DNA of 64,000 nucleotides from Corallococcus sp. Z5C101001 (GTDB lineage Bacteria; Myxococcota; Myxococcia; Myxococcales; Myxococcaceae): NCBI RefSeq assembly GCF_007352635.1, contig NZ_VKLU01000005.1, positions 571,940 to 635,939 of the forward strand, read 5' to 3'. Shown piece by piece: positions 60,243 to 64,000 of this stretch (position 1 is its first letter; each line of letters starts with the position of its first letter). The notes under the pieces were generated by a model. It saw only the letters and a program-made list of their open reading frames with translations, ran no database searches and was not told where the DNA came from. The position numbers and the translations under genes were made by a program.

Positions 60243-60566
60243 ATGAAGCTGCGACTCCCCTCCCTCACGAAGGTGGCCCCCCTCCTGATGCTGTTCGCGG
60301 CGGCGCCCGCGTTCGCGGCGGAGAATGCCCAGACGGCGACGTCCGTGGAGGCTCCCGTCGAAGGCGGCGGCGGAGAAGGCATCTGCTCCGTCTGCGGGCC
60401 CGCTCCTTGCTGCGTCATCCTCTGGACCGCGTGGTGTGGCTGCCCGTTCGGCGGCAGGGATGATCGCCTGGAGAGCCGCGCGGACGAGGCGCCCGCGGAG
60501 GAGCTCCTGGCGTGCCGACCCCAGGTCTCGCCCCCCATCGCTCCGGAGCAGGGCAAGACTTTGTAG
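60243..60566 (+). CDS. small secreted Cys-cluster protein (hypothetical)
   Basis: ATG at 60243 follows GAGGT. Sec signal MKLRLPSLTKVAPLLMLFAAAPAFA, then ICSVCGPAPCCVILWTAWCGCPFGG (6 Cys in 22 aa). Confidence 0.5.
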   Translation: MKLRLPSLTKVAPLLMLFAAAPAFAAENAQTATSVEAPVEGGGGEGICSVCGPAPCCVILWTAWCGCPFGGRDDRLESRADEAPAEELLACRPQVSPPIAPEQGKTL

Positions 60567-60675
60567 TCCCTGAGCGTAGGCATGGGTGTCCGCCCGGGCT
60601 GACGGAGTCCGGGGGACACGGTGCCTCGGCTCCTGGTTCTCCCAGGAGCAGCTCAATCCATTGGGAGTCGTTCGC

Positions 60676-61854
60676 ATGAACCCGCTGCGTGCCTTGACGT
60701 TGTTTGCGCTCCTCTCCAGCGGGTGCGCCACGGCGCCCGCTCCCCGCGCGGCGCCCCCTGTCCCCGATACCGTCGCGCTGGATGCCGAAGCAGCACGCGC
60801 GATGGCCGCGACCGGCGCGAAGGGGCTGGCCATCGCGGTGATCGACGACGGGCGCGTGGTGGCGACCAGGGCCTACGGCGCGCGCGACGCGAAGGGAGAA
60901 CCGCTTCGGACAGACACGGTGATGTATGGCGCATCGCTCACCAAGACGGTCTTCGCCTATCTGGTGATGCAGTGGGTGGACGAGGGCCGCATCGACATGG
61001 CCTCACCGATCGCGCGGTACCTGGACAAGCCGCTGCCCGCCTATGCGGACGAGGACCGTTACTCCACCTGGTCGAACCTGGCCGGCGACGACCGCTGGAA
61101 GGCCATCACGCCGGGCATCCTGCTCACCCACAGCGCGGGCTTCGCCAACTTCGGCTTCCTCGAGCCCGACGGTCGGCTGCGCATCCACTTCGCGCCCGGC
61201 AGCCGGTATGCGTACTCGGGTGATGGCATCATGCTGCTGCAGTTCGTGCTCGAGCGCGGGCTCAAGCTGGACGTGGGCACCGAGCTCCAGCAGCGCGTGT
61301 TCGACCGCTTCGGAATGCCCAACACAAGCCTGCGATGGCGTCCGGACTTCGCGCGCAACCTGGCCGACGGATGGACTGCCGACGGCAGCGTGGAACCACA
61401 CGACGAACGCAGCACCGTGCGTGCGGCCGGCTCCATGGACACCACGATCGACGACCTGTCTCGCTTCGCGGCGGCGCTGGTGCGCGGCGAAGGCTTGTCG
61501 CCCCGGAGCTTCGCGGAGATGACCGCGCCGCACCTGCCCATCACCACCCGGAGCCAGTTCCCCACTTTTCAGGACGAACTGCCGCCCGAAGCGCGTCGCA
61601 ACGATCTGGCGGCGGGCCTGGGGCTGGTGGTGTTCGACGGCCCGCAGGGGCGTGGGTTCTACAAGGGCGGACACAACGACAGCACGGGCAACACCCTCGT
61701 GTGTCTGCACCGCGGACGCCGCTGCGTGCTCATCCTGGCCAACGACGTGCGCGCCGAGGCCGCGTTCCCCCACCTGGTGCGCTTCGTGTTGGGGGAAACC
61801 GGTGTGCCCTGGGCCTGGGAGTACGGTGACAAGGCCCTCTGGGACGGCCACTGA
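60676..61854 (+). CDS. beta-lactamase-fold serine hydrolase (class C beta-lactamase/PBP-related) lipoprotein
   Basis: Lipobox signal MNPLRALTLFALLSSGC. The SxxK active-site motif is YGASLTKTV, with later YSG and KGG-like (YKGGHND) elements. Confidence 0.8.
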   Translation: MNPLRALTLFALLSSGCATAPAPRAAPPVPDTVALDAEAARAMAATGAKGLAIAVIDDGRVVATRAYGARDAKGEPLRTDTVMYGASLTKTVFAYLVMQWVDEGRIDMASPIARYLDKPLPAYADEDRYSTWSNLAGDDRWKAITPGILLTHSAGFANFGFLEPDGRLRIHFAPGSRYAYSGDGIMLLQFVLERGLKLDVGTELQQRVFDRFGMPNTSLRWRPDFARNLADGWTADGSVEPHDERSTVRAAGSMDTTIDDLSRFAAALVRGEGLSPRSFAEMTAPHLPITTRSQFPTFQDELPPEARRNDLAAGLGLVVFDGPQGRGFYKGGHNDSTGNTLVCLHRGRRCVLILANDVRAEAAFPHLVRFVLGETGVPWAWEYGDKALWDGH

Positions 61855-61875
61855 GGCACGCGCGAAGACAGGCGC

Positions 61876-62808
61876 CTATTTCACGGCCAGGAGCCGTTGC
61901 AGCAGCGGCTCCACCAGCTCCTGGCCTCGCAGCTCCGAGCGCCAGCGGTGTGGAATCCCGCTCAGGCCATACTTCAGGCCCGCGATGCCACCTGCCACCG
62001 CGGCGGTGGTGTCGGTGTCGTGGCCCAGCCGGATGGCGGCCTTGACGACCTCCTCATAGGTGCTGCCTTTCGCCACGCAATCGCGAGCGGAGCGCAGGCA
62101 GTCCACCACGTAGCCGCCCCCCGTCCCTGGAGTCAGGTTGTCCGGGCGGAGGTGAGCCTCCAGCTCTTCCCGCTCGGGGGAGCCCTCTCCATACAGGTCG
62201 CGGAAGGTGGCGAGGGCCGCGTCCCACGGGTCCGCCGCGCCCTCCAGGATGCGGCGGGCCCAAAGGCAATACAGCGCACAACACACCCGGGAGCGCACGT
62301 GGCCATGCGTGACACGCGACTGCTCCATCGCGTCCGCCACGAGCGAGGCGTCCGGCCCCTGGTGCCACAAGGCCAACGGCAAGACCCGCATCAGGGAGCC
62401 ATTGCCATTGTCCATCGTGTCGCTGGGGCCCGCGAGCAGCGCGGGCGTGCCGTCGCGAAGCCGTCGCAGCGCCGCGCTGGTCTGCACGCCCACGTCGAAC
62501 ACTTCGCCCTCCACCGCCAGGTAGCCCCAGTCCTGCCAGTTCACCAGCCGCCGGCCCAGGTCCTCGCAGTCGAGCCGCTTCTGGTACGTCAGCGAATCCA
62601 GGAGGCACAGCGCGTGGGCCCCGTCGTCCGACCAGGTGCCAGGAGGAACCCCTCCATGCGCGCGTTGAAAGCCCGGGGGCGGCGTGTATTCGATTGCCTC
62701 CAGGGCTGGAATTGTCTCGGGGCGATGAAATTCATAAGGGACGCCCAAGGCATCCCCGATGAGCAGGCCATACATCCCCCCTGCGATGCGCTCTTCACGA
62801 CTCACCAT
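61876..62808 (-). CDS. ADP-ribosylglycohydrolase family protein
   Basis: ATG at 62808 follows GGAGGG. N-terminal GLLIGDALGVPYEFH, plus TWSDDGAHALCLLDSL and a C-terminal GHDTDTTAAVAGGIAGLKYG. These are typical ARH/DraG-fold Mg-binding Asp/Thr clusters. Confidence 0.8.
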   Translation of the reverse strand: MVSREERIAGGMYGLLIGDALGVPYEFHRPETIPALEAIEYTPPPGFQRAHGGVPPGTWSDDGAHALCLLDSLTYQKRLDCEDLGRRLVNWQDWGYLAVEGEVFDVGVQTSAALRRLRDGTPALLAGPSDTMDNGNGSLMRVLPLALWHQGPDASLVADAMEQSRVTHGHVRSRVCCALYCLWARRILEGAADPWDAALATFRDLYGEGSPEREELEAHLRPDNLTPGTGGGYVVDCLRSARDCVAKGSTYEEVVKAAIRLGHDTDTTAAVAGGIAGLKYGLSGIPHRWRSELRGQELVEPLLQRLLAVK

Positions 62809-62886
62809 TTCGCCCTCCGCCAACCCACTGTCGAGGCCCCAGGATAGACTGTGTTCGCTGTTCCCTTCCACCCTGGAGACAAGGTC

Positions 62887-63201
62887 ATGGCATGGCGGAC
62901 GCTCACGAAGTCGGTTGGAATGGGGGTCGGCGCGGGATTGCTGCTGCTCGCGTGCGGGCCCGAAACAACGGCGCAGGACACGGCGCCAGCGGACTCGAAG
63001 ACAGACGACCGGGTGCACGCCATGGCGCCGCCCGACAGCTGTGACCCGTGGGAGGACCACGGCTGGTGTCTCGTTTCCGGCAGCAGGGTCACTTGCAACA
63101 ATGGCATCCAGATGTACGCGTATCACACCCCGGATGGCTGGTGCATCAACGCGGACGTCTGCAAGAACGCCGGTGGTCCCATCATCTGCCCGGAGTGGTG
63201 A
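62887..63201 (+). CDS. small Cys-rich lipoprotein, paralog A (hypothetical)
   Basis: ATG at 62887 follows GGAGACAAGG. Lipobox GAGLLLLAC. The mature ~80 aa has 6 Cys and the motif VHAMAPPDSCD...GWC...YAYHTPDGWCI..D.CKN.GGP.IC. Confidence 0.55.
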   Translation: MAWRTLTKSVGMGVGAGLLLLACGPETTAQDTAPADSKTDDRVHAMAPPDSCDPWEDHGWCLVSGSRVTCNNGIQMYAYHTPDGWCINADVCKNAGGPIICPEW

Positions 63202-63206
63202 TTCCC

Positions 63207-63509
63207 ATGCGCATCCAGACCTTCATGAAGACTGTCGCTGTTGTGTTTGGCACGGGGATGCTGCTCGCGGGGTGCGGGACGGATGCAACGCCCCTGGAGG
63301 AAACGTCGACACCCGACGACACGGTCCACGCCATGGCGCCGCCCACCAGCTGTGACCGGGAAGCCGACGTCGGCTGGTGCCGGATCACGGCCGACAAGGT
63401 CCGCTGCGCCAATGGCCGCTACATCTATGCCTATTCCACGCCAGACGGCTGGTGCATCCAGTACGACGCCTGCAAGAACAACGGCGGCCCGTACATCTGC
63501 GGTCTGTAG
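63207..63509 (+). CDS. small Cys-rich lipoprotein, paralog B (hypothetical)
   Basis: ATG at 63207 follows GGAGTGG, 5 nt after the paralog A stop. Lipobox TGMLLAGC. Same conserved Cys pattern as paralog A. Confidence 0.55.
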   Translation: MRIQTFMKTVAVVFGTGMLLAGCGTDATPLEETSTPDDTVHAMAPPTSCDREADVGWCRITADKVRCANGRYIYAYSTPDGWCIQYDACKNNGGPYICGL

Positions 63510-63562
63510 AACAGGCCGGGCCCCCCTGCCCTCGCATGGGCAGGGAGGTCCGGACCCTCAAG

Positions 63563-64000
63563 TCACTTCACGCCGCGCTGCGCGGCCTCCAGCGTGTTCT
63601 TCATCAGCATGGCGATGGTCATCGGCCCCACGCCTCCGGGTACCGGAGTGATGAACGAGGCGCGCTCGGCCGCCGCGGCGAACTCCACGTCGCCCACCAG
63701 CTTGCCGTCCGCCTTGCGGTTCATCCCCACGTCAATCACCACCGCGCCGGGCTTGATCCACGCGCCCTTCACCAGCTCCGGCACGCCCACCGCCACCACC
63801 AGGATGTCCGCCTGCGCCACCTCCGCGGGCAGGTCGCTCTTGCGGTGGCACACCGTCACCGTCGCGTCCTTCTGGAGCAGCATCAGCGCCTGGGGCTTGC
63901 CCACGATGTTGCTGCGGCCCACCACCACCGCGCGCTTGCCCGCCGGATTGCACCCCACCTCTTCCAACAGCCGCATCACGCCGTAGGGCGTGCACGCGCG
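63563..64000 (-). CDS. folD: bifunctional methylenetetrahydrofolate dehydrogenase/cyclohydrolase, C-terminal part (N-terminus beyond the window end)
   Basis: Reads ...[27 protein letters not shown]...[10 protein letters not shown]...[15 protein letters not shown], the FolD NAD(P)-binding domain. Confidence 0.85.
   Translation of the reverse strand, partial: RACTPYGVMRLLEEVGCNPAGKRAVVVGRSNIVGKPQALMLLQKDATVTVCHRKSDLPAEVAQADILVVAVGVPELVKGAWIKPGAVVIDVGMNRKADGKLVGDVEFAAAAERASFITPVPGGVGPMTIAMLMKNTLEAAQRGVK

Overview
This looks like a high-GC (~68-70%) chromosomal segment from a Myxococcales-type genome (Myxococcus/Corallococcus-like). The organism call rests on extreme GC3 bias, frequent lipobox lipoproteins, a eukaryotic-like Ser/Thr kinase, a sigma54-style promoter and a Myxococcus-like gene order. 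It is mostly core genome, and nearly all genes are on the minus strand.

The central feature is a conserved transcription/translation cluster (coordinates approximate, minus strand): thr(TGT)-tyr-gly-thr(GGT) tRNAs - tuf - rpmG - tRNA-Trp - secE - nusG - rplK - rplA - rplJ - rplL - rpoB - rpoC. The tRNA-tuf arrangement is the same as the E. coli tufB operon.

Other recognisable blocks:
- glyQ/glyS (overlapping).
- recO with a pfkB-family kinase.
- A one-carbon/aspartate-family metabolism block: gcvT-gcvH-gcvP, metF-(small membrane protein)-hom, folD (partial, runs off the window end), asd.
- A plus-strand run of HEAT-repeat protein, HAD hydrolase, an acidic AT-hook protein and the DEAH helicase HrpB.
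- Many secreted or lipoprotein genes of unknown function.

The least-explained gene-level items are:
1. A translationally coupled (ATGA) pair of paralogous Pol-beta-superfamily nucleotidyltransferases (8126..10203). They sit immediately upstream of a transmembrane Ser/Thr kinase with an extracellular PEGA-like domain.
2. Two tandem paralogous small Cys-rich lipoproteins (62887..63509) convergent with an ADP-ribosylglycohydrolase gene.
3. A small secreted Cys-cluster peptide gene (60243..60566) upstream of a beta-lactamase-fold serine hydrolase.

No rRNA genes, CRISPR arrays, transposases, integrases or obvious prophage were seen. Many long ORFs in the supplied track are GC-frame artefacts antisense to real genes and were rejected. 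All calls rest on reading the sequence and ORF translations by eye; no searches were run.
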